Positions 1 through 10,271 of a stretch of 64,000 bases of DNA are shown in pieces. The DNA is taken from contig NC_058131.1 of NCBI RefSeq assembly GCF_016433145.1, positions 404,004,893 to 404,068,892 on the forward strand, read 5' to 3'. A program made the position numbers and the translations under genes. Positions within the stretch are counted from its first letter, which is position 1; each line of letters starts with the position of its first letter. The notes under the pieces were generated by a model. That model worked only from the letters and a program-made list of their open reading frames with translations, made no database searches and was not told where the DNA came from. Origin of the DNA: Gracilinanus agilis. Lineage: Eukaryota.

Positions 1-440
1 TGTTCTAAGGTGGGAGTTAGAGGACTTGAGCTCATGAGGTGGGGATGAGTCAATAGTTTTGACACTGTAAATAAGGCAACTGACATGACATGAGACCTAA
101 TTAAAAAAAAAAAGCTTAGAAATAGTGGGTAGAAAGTGTAGAGAGAGATTTAAACTCAGCGTGGGGAAAACTTTTCTTCTTGGGGGAAGGGGGAGCCTTT
201 CTAACAATTAGATTTCCAGATGTGGAATAGGCTGGCTGGTGGGTAAGAGGGTTCCCTCCCCTGCAAGTCCAAAGATAGGCATAGGGATTTCTGACATGCA
301 TGCCCTCCAATTCTGAGGTAACCCACTTCAAGATAACAAAAGAAATATTTAAAGATAAACTATAAAGATAGAATTTTATGAATCTAGTCAGGATAAAAGG
401 TATAATTTGAAGTCAGAAGGCCCAAATTCAAATCTTATAT

Positions 441-625
441 TTTTTTAAGTTTATTTATCTAATTAATTTAGAATATTTTTCCACAGTTACATGATTCATG
501 TTCTTTCCCTCCCCTCCTCCCACCCCCCTCCCATAGCCAATGTGCAATTCCACTGGGTCTTACATGTGTCATGGATCAAGACCTATTTCCATATTATTGA
601 TATTTGCACTAGAGTGATTGTTTAG
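441..625 (-). mobile_element. Short L1 3'-end fragment inside a MIR-like SINE
   Basis: T tract followed by the marsupial L1 3' UTR pattern (catgattcatgttctttccctcccc...ttccactggg). Confidence 0.6.
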
Positions 626-996
626 CTTACTCATTATTTTTGTGATCTTGGGCAAATCATTTCCTTTCAGGAGGCTTTAGTTTCCTCCTCTATAATATCT
701 AATTCTGAGTGCACTGGTTTATCTCAGGTCCCTCCCATCTTTAAATTCTATGATCCACTGCTCTACTTTGCCAGTCTCCCAAATCACCTAAAGGTCCAGG
801 CTACTGCCTGCCATGGCACAAGGCCCTTCTTTTGTATATCCTTCCCTGGTGAAGCTACATGCTTCTTGACTGTAGGCCTTCACTTCATCTAGACGTCTAG
901 AGTTTTCCCTAAAATCTCCTGGAAAGGAGCCTGAGATTACCATTCCTTGCTAAACCAATCCTCTATAAACAGAGCAGGAGGTTTTTGTTTGTTTTT

Positions 997-1398
997 TTTT
1001 TCAAACCCTTACCTTCCCTCTTAGAATCAACACTGCGTTTTGGTTCTAAGGCAGAAGAGAGGTAAGGGCTAGGTCAGTGATGGCCCTTTAGAGACTGGAC
1101 GCCGGAGCTGCAACCCTCATGCCCCCTGCCTTACCGCAGATAGGAGGGAGGAAGGCTCCCATTGGGCTGCTGGGCACAGGAGAGGGTGATGTGAGAAATG
1201 TCCTCAGGTGGGAGTGCAGAGGCATGTGCAGAGGGGGGAGGGAGTAGCCCCCCCCCCAACACGAATGCCATCGGTTCACCAACACGGGTCTAGGCAATGG
1301 GGGTCACTCAGATAGGGAGTGTCTGAGGCCAGATTTGAACCTAAGACCTCCCGTCTCTAAGTCTGGCCATCAATCCACTGAGCCACCTATCTGCTCCC
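997..1398 (-). mobile_element. Opossum SINE1-type element interrupted by the hAT MITE
   Basis: aaacccttaccttcc...gtaagggctagg | MITE | ctaggcaatggggg...ccactgagccacc. Confidence 0.85.
1075..1287 (+). mobile_element. Non-autonomous hAT DNA transposon (MITE), copy 1, inserted in a SINE
   Basis: Degenerate TIRs CAGTGATGGC--CCT / CGGTTCACCAACACGG, 8-bp TSD ggctaggt/gtctaggc, and an internal core shared with copy 2. Confidence 0.8.
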
Positions 1399-1635
1399 CC
1401 ATCAAGTTTTTTGACTGGAAAAGGGTTAATGTGGAGGGGTCTTCTCTCACACAGGTGGAGCCAGTTTTTGCAGCCGAGTTACCTCTAGGAAAGCTCATTC
1501 ACAGGGAGATAGGAGTGCCTGCATTTTGAAAGAAGAGCCTGGAGAGGGTAGTACTGAATTGGAAAGAAATTGCTCTGATTCTGATATTCATTCCTCTGTT
1601 GCTCCCCGTTTGACAACTTCTCTCCTTTAATTCAG

Positions 1636-1998
1636 AAATTGAGTCTCACATTATAAAGCAAGAGGATATTCTTAACGGGAAAGAAAATGAAATTAAGGAG
1701 CTACAAAATGTCATCAGCCACCAGAAACAGATCTTCAGGTGAGGGATTGAGATGTTTAGGACAGAACTCGGGTGTCGAAGGAGGAGGGGAGCAGCGATTC
1801 TCCAGCCTCCTGGGTGGGTTCCTGCCCCAGCAGCTGTCTCAGGCCCACTCCATTCGTCTCTGTTGCAGGCATCAGATATCGGACTTCCGGATTCAGAAGC
1901 AGCAAGAGAATTACGTGGCCCAAGTGCTGGACAGAAAGCAAAAGAAAGCAGGCGGGCTGCTCTCCACCCGAGGCTTCAAGGGACTTGGAGACAAATAA
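1636..1998 (+). CDS. SPATA24: Spermatogenesis-associated protein 24, last two coding exons (5' exons lie outside the window): 1636-1738 and 1869-1998
   Basis: ttcag|AAATTGAG...TTCAG|gt and ttgcag|GCATCAG...TAA join in phase to give EIESHIIKQEDILNGKENEIKELQNVISHQKQIFRHQISDFRIQKQQENYVAQVLDRKQKK, matching the recalled human SPATA24 C-terminus. Synteny with PROB1 and MZB1 agrees. Confidence 0.93.
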
Positions 1999-4289
1999 AT
2001 CTGCTGACTCTTACCTCTCTCCTCCGTCCAACCTAAGGGCCTTCTCGGAGGCCTCTTATGGCCTCCATTCCTCCCCCTCTTCAGTTGAAAAAGCTCCACC
2101 CCTGCTAGGAGGGGCAAGAGACCCCACCTTGGCATCCTCCCCTGGCCCTGGTTCCCCTCCTCCTGGCCAGTCCGGGGGAGCATGCCTAGGAAGGGGGGGA
2201 TGGAGCTCCCTGGGACATGGCTTGATTCTGGCATCAGCCCCTGCACCTGCCACACTGGCCCCAGCACTCAGCACAGACAGAACTGGCTGGGGGCGATACT
2301 CAGATTTAACACTCTCCCACCCTGCTTGCTTTCTAGCGGGATCCCCAGCATCTTGGGGAGGGGGCTGAATGGTTGCCTGCTGCAGAAGTGCGGAGCTCCC
2401 AGGATTGGGGGGATGGAGGATGGGAAGGTGGGAGGGGGGAATTCTTTTGTCCAATGGCTGCCCCACCTTTGTTTGGCCCTGCCCCACGTAAGCACTCCCC
2501 GTTTCCCTGGTAACCCCCCTCCTCAGTGCTAAGTGTAACTTGCTTAATTTAGCTTCCAGAGCTGGGGAAACTTCTAGGCAGGAAAGTGACTGGGGGATGG
2601 GGAACACTAACTGGGAAATTCCCGAAGCGAGGCCTCAGGACCCCCAGCAATAGATCTTTGTCCAAATGGGTCTCTATCTAGATGGTGACATTTCTCCCAT
2701 AATCATCCGTTCCACATATTTGCTATTTTTCTCAAAGTATTAGCACAAACATCACATGATCCTCATCTCTTCAGGAAGCTAGGCATCAGCTTATTTTACA
2801 AATGGGGGAAAAAAGGGCCGAGTTCATTGACTTGCCCCTGGTCATACCATGAGCTGCAAATTTATTGCTGACCTAACATGGTCAGGGCAGGGGGTATATT
2901 CATAACTGGGAACATGTAACTCCTACCAGCTTTTATCCGTGATAGACATCTGTCTGATACCCACCTGCGAATGGCCTCTTCCAGCTGCTTAAGGTGAAGT
3001 GGAAATGTATGGAGGAGAAAAACCTTTGAAATCCTCAGGGTCCCTACTTCCCAGTTAAGCCACCCTAGAGAGCCATGACACATTTTATTCTGCTAAATGC
3101 TAATTCTGACTTGAAACAGATTCCTGACTATTAGCTCTGAATGCCCTAGCCATCTGCTCAGGTGTTGTGTATGTATATTCACACTTCCTCATCAGCTAGA
3201 TTGGAGTTGGTCAGGAGGGACAGGGCCCCCAAACCCAGTATCATTCTGCTAGTGAATGCAAAAAGGCCTGTTGATAGGATTTTCAAAGCTTTAGGATAAA
3301 AAGGTAGCATAAGAGGAAAAAAGGACAAGACTCCTTTACACTTCCTAGCTTGTGTGACCCTGGGCAAGTCACTTAACCTCCATTGCCTAGTCCTTAGCAA
3401 TCTTTTGCCTTGGAATTGATATGATTCTAAGAAGGCAAGGGTTTAAAAAAAAAAAAGACCTGGGGGAGAGGGCTAGGAGAGGAACAATGACAAATTCATA
3501 AATTTATCCCCAAGAAAGTGGGTCATATCTCTGAGTGGTTTCTTAGCCCCTCATTTATAAAAAAGAGGGGGTCCCACTAGTTGACCTCTAAGTTCCCTTC
3601 CAAATAACACCCTTTGAAGTTTGAGGTCTTCAGATAACAAAGAACCTCAGCCTCTGTGGGGAAGAAACAGGGCTGAGCCAAGGGCAAGACATATTCCCAA
3701 GTACCAATCAACTTGAAATATTCTTTAGCTCCCTTACACGCAACACCTCCAGCTCTGAGTTGGATGCAAAAAGGCAAAACTTTTCTCTTCGCTCCCCCTT
3801 CTCCACCCTGGCCCAGAAATCTGGCCCAGCTTTGGGGACTTGGGCCCTGGGTAGCTGGGCATGCCTTGAGCCACCCTCTTCAAAAAGTCTTCAAAAGTCT
3901 CTTCACAAACAGTAATATGAAAAGCAAAGGTCTCACTTTCACTCACTACCACCCTCTTAGTTATGGAGAAATAAAGGAGGCCCTCCCCCCCACTTAACCT
4001 AAAAGGATGGGGTGTGCGGTCGATAAGAAGCAAGGGATGGTTGGGGGTGGGGTGGAGATGCCAGAGACACAAAAGTCCGGGCTTGAACCTCAGAACTTAG
4101 ATCTGGAAGTGCCCTGGTGTCCCCCAGGTGTTTCAGGAAAGCATCTGCAGGTACCCCTTAGCTTTCTGATCTCCCGTCCTTGTGTAGAAGAGTTCCCAGT
4201 CTTAGACTCCTGCTGGAGGCCCCGGCCACACAGTTCGGCCCCCCACACACCCAGCTTACATTATCATCCCAGATCTGGTCTTGGCCCCT

Positions 4290-5500
4290 CCAGGCCGGCC
4301 AAAGCTAGGAGGATTGGACCGGGAGTAGGGAAGGGGAGGGGAGGGAAGGGTGGAAGAAGGCCCTTGCTACTGGCCGTTGCCAGCCTGGGCAGCGGCTGGC
4401 TCGCGTTCAGCTGCGGCCTCTTTAAGGCGTTGTGACCCGGCAGCGCCGGGACCCCGGGGCGGGGAGTGAGGGCAGGGGACAGAGCTGCCCGAGCCGGCGG
4501 CGGCGGCGGCGGCGGCGGCAGCGGCGGAGGTGGAGGCGGCGAACCTCACTCAGCGCGGGCCGGGGTCCCCACCACAGCCCGTCCGCACCATGCTCTCCAT
4601 CCTTGTCCCTCCAGCCGCAGGCGGCTTCCCCCCTGCCCTTGCGCTGCGCCAGGACTCCTCCGGCTCCTCGGGCTCTTATCACACGGCGCCGGGCTCCCCG
4701 GAACCCCAGGGTCCGCGCCCCGTCCTGGACGGGGCGGACGACGACGACGGGGGCAATGGAGTTCCTGGGCTGGGGCAACCGGCAAAGTTTGCGGGCCTGC
4801 ACGCCAGGGTCTCTGGCCGGGGGGCGGGCCCAGCTGGGAGCGGGGGCTCGCAGCTTCGCCTGTCCATCAGCGCCCAGAATAGCCGCCAGGAGCCTGGATC
4901 CGGTTTCTCCAAGAGGCCGGGACCGCGCCCCAGCCCGAGCCCTTTCCAGCTCCGCACCCTGCCGTCGGGGGAGATGGAAGTGATCTTCACCACCGGGCCC
5001 CTCGGCGGGACTCCCGTTCAGGTCCCCAGTGACTCGGACGAGGCAGACAGCGAAGTGCAGCAGCTCACCGGCCTCAGCTTTCACAGTCTCACCACGCGCC
5101 CTCAAGGTCCCTACCTCGACGTGCATAGCCCCAGCGCGCGGGCCTCCTCCAGCCCATCCCCAGCTCCCTCTGACGGCAGCAACCAAGCTGACCGCTGGGC
5201 AACTTACCTGGACCTGCATCAGGAGGCTGAACCTTCGGTCCCGGGGCTGCCAGAACTCCCTGCCCCGTCCGGGAGGACCCAGTTCGAGTGCGTGGAGGTG
5301 GCACTTGAAGACCAGGCGTCCCTAACTAAGCAGAGAACTGTCCCCAAGAGACAGATAGAGCTGAGACGGAAGCCGAGCCCCCCAGAGCTGGACGCAGCTA
5401 GGGCCAATGCGCTCCCCAGGCGCAAGTTGTTCCTGCGAACAGGCTCGCTGGATGAGTCTCTGACCCGCTTGCAGGCCGCCTCCAACCTCGTGCAGACCGC
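4290..5500 (+). promoter_or_regulatory. CpG island covering the PROB1 promoter and 5' coding region
   Basis: Dense CpG and very high GC against a CpG-depleted background, judged by eye; boundaries approximate. Confidence 0.8.
4495..4526 (+). repeat. (GCG/CGG)n trinucleotide repeat upstream of the PROB1 ATG
   Basis: Ten Ala-frame triplets with one GCA interruption. Confidence 0.95.
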
Positions 5501-7721
5501 ACTGGCCAGGAAGCTGCAGGCCGAGCAGACACTGTGCCCGGGGCAGCCAACCCCAAGGGGCGGAGCTCAGCGCATCCAGACCCCGCCAGGCCCGTGGCTC
5601 AGTGCAGACTGCAATACCCAGAAGCCGGCAGATTGGCCCCTGGCTTGGCCCGAGGCCCGGGAGAGTGAAGCCCCAACCAGACGTTCGGTACGAAGCCCTC
5701 GAAGAGACTCAAGGGATCTCAGGAACAGAGGGACCTCTCAGACCGGGCTTCCCCCAAGAGAGCCGGCGAAGGAAGCACCACTGCCACCTGTCAAGCCTGT
5801 CGGATTGCGGGCCCCAGAGGGGGTAGTTTCTATCAGAGTCCCGAGGCCTTGGCCTAGCCTTCGAGAGCGAGCTATTCGTCGGGACAAACCAGCCCCAGGA
5901 ACGGAACCACTCGGTCCCGTGAGTTCCAGCATCTTTTTGCTGTCAGGGGAAAAGTCGCAGGAGGCTCCTGAGTCTCGGCCCCGCAGTGAATTGGGCCAGC
6001 GGCAGAAATCCCTGTCTCCGAAGAGGACATTGGAGGATCGGGTGACCCAAGAGACTCCCAGTCCGTCTCCCCAAGAGACTCCCAATCCTTCTCCCCAGGA
6101 GACTCCCAGTCCGTCTCCCCAGGAGACTTGGGATCCCACTGTACAGGCATCGCTGATTCCGTCTATGCAGGAGGCTCCGAAAGAAGCGTTCCTGGAGACT
6201 CCATCTACGCAGTCAAATCGAGATTTAACTGTGCAGGGATCGCAGACTTCACCTACACTGGAGACTGCAGTCCCAGATACTTGGGAGCCCAGAGACGCCC
6301 CCGCTCCCGCAGGCAGATCTCGAGTGACAATTCCGCGACCTCGGGACGTCCGGAAGCTAGTGAAGAACACCTACTCCCTGAGCTTCCCAGCTGCCCCCAG
6401 CACCAGCCTGGTACTGCCTGAACCCCCTTGCGCTCCCGGGGGCCCCAGCGAGGAGAGCGAGGCTCCGCCCGGAGCTCCAGAGCCCCCTGTCCCAGTTCAC
6501 TACACCTCGACTTTCCAGAAAGACTTCCTGCCCATAGTGCCCCATCCCTACGAAGTCCCGGAGCAGCCAGTCACTGGGGGAGTGGGTGCAAGCGACTCCG
6601 ATGCGTTTAGCCACAGCGAGGCCCCTCAGGGCCACCAACTTCCCCAACCTCAACCCCAGCCAAAGAGCTACGCAGAAGGAGACTCGACTCCACGGAGGAA
6701 AGCAGAGAACTGTACAGCCAAACCCTTTGCACGCAGTGAGATCCGCCTCCCCAGAGCCCTCTCTTTGACCAGGAAGCTGGAAGGGGCCCCCAGGGTCAGA
6801 GCTCAGCCTGAGACCAGCACAGAGATCAGCCCCGCTTCTCTAGGGTACAGTCCTCAAGCCGAGGTCCAGCGCCTCCTCCCCGAAGGAGAGGTCCAGGCCA
6901 GTTCCCCAGGAGTTATTCTGGGGCCACCCATCCCCAAGGAACCAAGAGAGCGGCCAGAGGTGGAGACACATCATCCACCTCAATGGCGAGGGGCTGGGCA
7001 GGCATCTAACTCCTTGACAGGGTCCCCACATCCAAATCTCAGGGGCTCCCTCAACCAGGGGTCCCCACACCCTGACGGGGCCAGTTCCCTACAGGCCCAG
7101 AACCCAGAGCCGAGAGCCAAACCCCAACCTGGCTTTGCTGGCATCCAACCCTCAGGGAACCAGATTACAGCCAAACCTGCTGCCCTGTCCCAGCCCAGGG
7201 CAGCTTCAGCACCTCCTTTGGCCCAGGTCCTTGACAGCCCTTCCCAGGGTCAGGGTAGGGGACTTGGGAGCTCTGGAACCACTCCATCAGGAAAGGTTCT
7301 AGTAGATCCAGAGAGTGGGCGCTACTATTATGTGGAGGCTCCCAAATCTCCTAGGTTGAAGTTGCTCTTTGACCCAGAGAGTGGTCAGTATCTGGAAGTT
7401 CTTGTTCCCCCCTCCGCAGCAGGCGCTCCTGTCCGGTTCTACCCTTCCATGTCGCTAGGGCACAGTCTCTATCCTCCCTATGGGTCCTACCCTGGGCTCT
7501 CACTACCTCCTTCCCCTGGACCACCGCCTCTTGGTCCCCCTGACCTGCTGGCCCCAGGAGCCAAACTCCCCTGGGCCCCTGAAGGGGGCACTGTGGATGG
7601 GCTCTATTACCTGCCTCCAGGCACTTCCCCTAGCTCATTGCCTGGGCTTCCTCTCCTTCTCTACTCTGGGCCTCCCAATTCTGGGTCTTCTGCCCCAACA
7701 AAGGTTCACCGTTTTGAGTAG
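4590..7721 (+). CDS. PROB1: Proline-rich basic protein 1, single coding exon, 1043 aa from the ATG at 4590
   Basis: The 3.1-kb ORF contains blocks matching recalled human PROB1: RQDSSGSSGSY, LRTLPSGEMEVIF, QFECVEVALE, RTGSLDESL, RPWPSLRERAIRRDKPAPGTEPLGPVSSSIFL, IPRPRDVRKLVK and the DUF4585-type KVLVDPESGRYY/LLFDPESGQY. The ATG sits in a gcaccATG context. The ORF-track start at 4530 is a GTG. Confidence 0.95.
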   Translation: MLSILVPPAAGGFPPALALRQDSSGSSGSYHTAPGSPEPQGPRPVLDGADDDDGGNGVPGLGQPAKFAGLHARVSGRGAGPAGSGGSQLRLSISAQNSRQEPGSGFSKRPGPRPSPSPFQLRTLPSGEMEVIFTTGPLGGTPVQVPSDSDEADSEVQQLTGLSFHSLTTRPQGPYLDVHSPSARASSSPSPAPSDGSNQADRWATYLDLHQEAEPSVPGLPELPAPSGRTQFECVEVALEDQASLTKQRTVPKRQIELRRKPSPPELDAARANALPRRKLFLRTGSLDESLTRLQAASNLVQTALARKLQAEQTLCPGQPTPRGGAQRIQTPPGPWLSADCNTQKPADWPLAWPEARESEAPTRRSVRSPRRDSRDLRNRGTSQTGLPPREPAKEAPLPPVKPVGLRAPEGVVSIRVPRPWPSLRERAIRRDKPAPGTEPLGPVSSSIFLLSGEKSQEAPESRPRSELGQRQKSLSPKRTLEDRVTQETPSPSPQETPNPSPQETPSPSPQETWDPTVQASLIPSMQEAPKEAFLETPSTQSNRDLTVQGSQTSPTLETAVPDTWEPRDAPAPAGRSRVTIPRPRDVRKLVKNTYSLSFPAAPSTSLVLPEPPCAPGGPSEESEAPPGAPEPPVPVHYTSTFQKDFLPIVPHPYEVPEQPVTGGVGASDSDAFSHSEAPQGHQLPQPQPQPKSYAEGDSTPRRKAENCTAKPFARSEIRLPRALSLTRKLEGAPRVRAQPETSTEISPASLGYSPQAEVQRLLPEGEVQASSPGVILGPPIPKEPRERPEVETHHPPQWRGAGQASNSLTGSPHPNLRGSLNQGSPHPDGASSLQAQNPEPRAKPQPGFAGIQPSGNQITAKPAALSQPRAASAPPLAQVLDSPSQGQGRGLGSSGTTPSGKVLVDPESGRYYYVEAPKSPRLKLLFDPESGQYLEVLVPPSAAGAPVRFYPSMSLGHSLYPPYGSYPGLSLPPSPGPPPLGPPDLLAPGAKLPWAPEGGTVDGLYYLPPGTSPSSLPGLPLLLYSGPPNSGSSAPTKVHRFE

Positions 7722-9147
7722 GAAGACCCTCAGGCCCTGCCCACACCCCATTCCTACAGAAGGGGCTGTTGTTCTAGCAGAGCCTGGGCACCCAGCCCTC
7801 AGAGCCTTTCCCTGGGCACACACCAGCTCCCCCATCCCAATCCTGCCCCCAAATGACTCATACTTTCTTTTTAAGTCCAATTTCCCACATCCACCACCAC
7901 CAACTCCCTTGCCTGAGCCTCTCCACTCCCATCCCACCGGCATACTATCGTGGCTCTGTCTCCGTCGTCTCCCCAGGGTGCTCCAGGGGGGTGGAGGGGA
8001 GAGCTCAGCAAGGAGTGTTCATCCTTTCTTGCCAATCTGTCCTGTTCCTTCCTGTGCATCCACCCATGACCCTGGGGGATCAGTGACACCGATGTCACCC
8101 AACAACAACCTGAGAACGTGGGTGGGAAAAGGTGTGAGGCAGCAAGAGATAGCTGGGGTACAGAGTGTGACAAGGGATTAGAGGGTTCTTCCGACCCCCC
8201 AACTGAAGATACAGGTCCTTCTTGGAGTCAGAGAGAAAGGGAAGTAGTGTGTATGTGGCGGGGTTGGGGGCAAGACAGGTGCCCATTTTGAAGAGGTCTA
8301 GGAAAGAGATGGGAGACAATAAGCTCATAAGATGGCTCAGCCTGCGTCTGCCAGAAGACCTTGTGGAGTGCTGGCTAGTGCTAGAAAGCTCTGGATCTTG
8401 TGTCCGGGCAGGGGTGGACTTTAAGAGGAGAGGCTAAAGTATGGGTCATCTCGGTCGCAGGAGCCTGTTGGTAAAGACTGAGCAGATCAATCAGTCAACA
8501 TACATTTATCAAGCATCTATCATGACACGCAGCATGCAAACGCCAAGAATGGAATAATAGCTAGGATTAAGAGAGGTCCTGGGGATGGAGGAGGGGGTCC
8601 GTGATGTCCAGCATGAAGCTGGGGCAGGGGTCCGTCGAGATGATAGCAGCCCACCCCCTCTCCAATATTTACTCTCCTCTATCCATGAAAAAAAAACAAC
8701 ACTGACACCCTATCTTAGACTCTTTTCTCCTTCAGAAATGGCTGTTTTGTGAGAGTCAAACAGCTTTCACTTAAGGGGGAATCTCAGTGACCATTTAGGC
8801 TGGCTCTCCTCTTTTTGTGTGAGGAAATGAAATCCCAAGGAGGGCAAATGACTTACCAAAGTCATTAAGCAAGTTAGGTCATGCAGAGCCAGGCCTGGAA
8901 TTCAGTGATCTTTGGCCAGGCATCCAAAAGGACTTTCTAGCAGTAAGAATTATTAGACAAAAAGTCTCCCAAGGCTGAACAGCTCAAGCATTGCAAAAGA
9001 TGGACTAAATGAGATGGCATCTTCTCCAGATCTTTTTCAGAGGGGTCTCTAATGCTCTGAAAGGAACCTTTAGAGACAGGTTGTTTCTCTGGGTTGAACT
9101 AGGTGTTGTGATTGGGGAGTGGGAGGAAGGAACCGGATGCTGTACAT

Positions 9148-9372
9148 TGCTATTTATTTATTTATTTATTTATTTATTAAGTCCTTATCTTCTAGCTTAG
9201 AATCAATACTAAGTATTGATTTCCAGGCAGAAAAGCAGTAAGGGCTAGGCAGCTGGGGGTAAGTGACTCTCCCAGGGTCACACAGTTAGGAAGTGTCTGA
9301 GGTCAGATTGGAACCCAGGACCTCCTGTCTCCAGCTCTGGCTTTCTATCCCTTTGAGTTACCCAGCTGCCCC
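9148..9372 (-). mobile_element. SINE1-type element with a (TTTA)n tail
   Basis: Full-length reverse match ending in ...acccagctgcccc. Confidence 0.85.
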
Positions 9373-9904
9373 TATGTTATACATTTTTTTAAAGTACCCC
9401 TCCTTGTCTAGACTCCAGATCTGTGCCACTTCAGTGAGAAATGCACCCCTGAGTGGCCAGAAGGAATATTTGAGAGGGAGGTGGGGGGGGGGCAGTCTGG
9501 AGCAAATCTCTAAACTGTTTGTCTCGCCCGTCCCATCCCGAGGCCAATCTGGGAGCTGTGCTGGGAGCCAGGCAGTTTCTATGTGTGTGGGTGTGAGTGT
9601 GTTGGGGGTGAAGATGAGGCATCTGTGGGTTGTTGGTTAAACTGCTTGCGTGACGACTGCTTTTCCTGGTAAAACATGTCTTTAGAGATAGGAGAATCCC
9701 TTCCCCCAAAATAGCTGGCTGCTGCCTTCTCCTGTTGCAAAAGTAAGGGTGGGAGGAGGCCCGACACTCCCCCAGGACCCCCAGGACCCCCCCCCCGCCC
9801 AGGGAGAAAAGGCCCGTGGGGAGAGTCGCTAGGTGAGGACGCCCCAGACTAGACACCAGAGGTTATCGAAGCAGGCTATCTTTGTGTTTGTTTCATACGT
9901 GTAA

Positions 9905-9910
9905 AATAAA
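9905..9910 (+). terminator. Possible PROB1 polyadenylation signal
   Basis: First AATAAA I found after the PROB1 stop; GT-rich sequence follows. Confidence 0.4.
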
Positions 9911-10079
9911 GTGTCCCACCAAGGGAGCTGTGGTCAGTAAAACAAAATATTGCCTTTCGTCATCTGTTGGTTTTTTGTCACTAATCCCCGCAACTCCTAT
10001 GCTTCCAAGGTTGTCACCTTGGCTACCAAAGAGCCATTGCTGCCAAGGGATGTCATCTCACACAGAAGGCAAATTCTAT

Positions 10080-10271
10080 TTTTTATTAATCCTTATCTTC
10101 TCTCAGAATCAGTTTGGTATATTTGTTTCATGGCAGAAGAGCAGTGAGGCAATGGGGGTTAAGTGACTTGCCCAGGGTCACACAGCTAGGAAGTGTCTGA
10201 GACCAGATTGGAATCCAGGACCTCCCATCTCTGGGCGAGGCTCTCAATCCACTGAGCCACCCAGCTGCCCC
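10080..10271 (-). mobile_element. SINE1-type element
   Basis: Reverse consensus ...ccactgagccacccagctgcccc. Confidence 0.85.

Noticed and set aside
1772-2607. 198-aa and 183-aa ORFs across the SPATA24 end
   Set aside because: They overlap an intron and exon out of frame in GC-rich sequence and have no recognisable motifs.
4422-5219. 265-aa minus-strand ORF and other ORFs overlapping the 5' part of PROB1
   Set aside because: Shadow ORFs in a very GC-rich coding region with few stop codons; low-complexity Arg/Gly/Pro content and no recognisable family.
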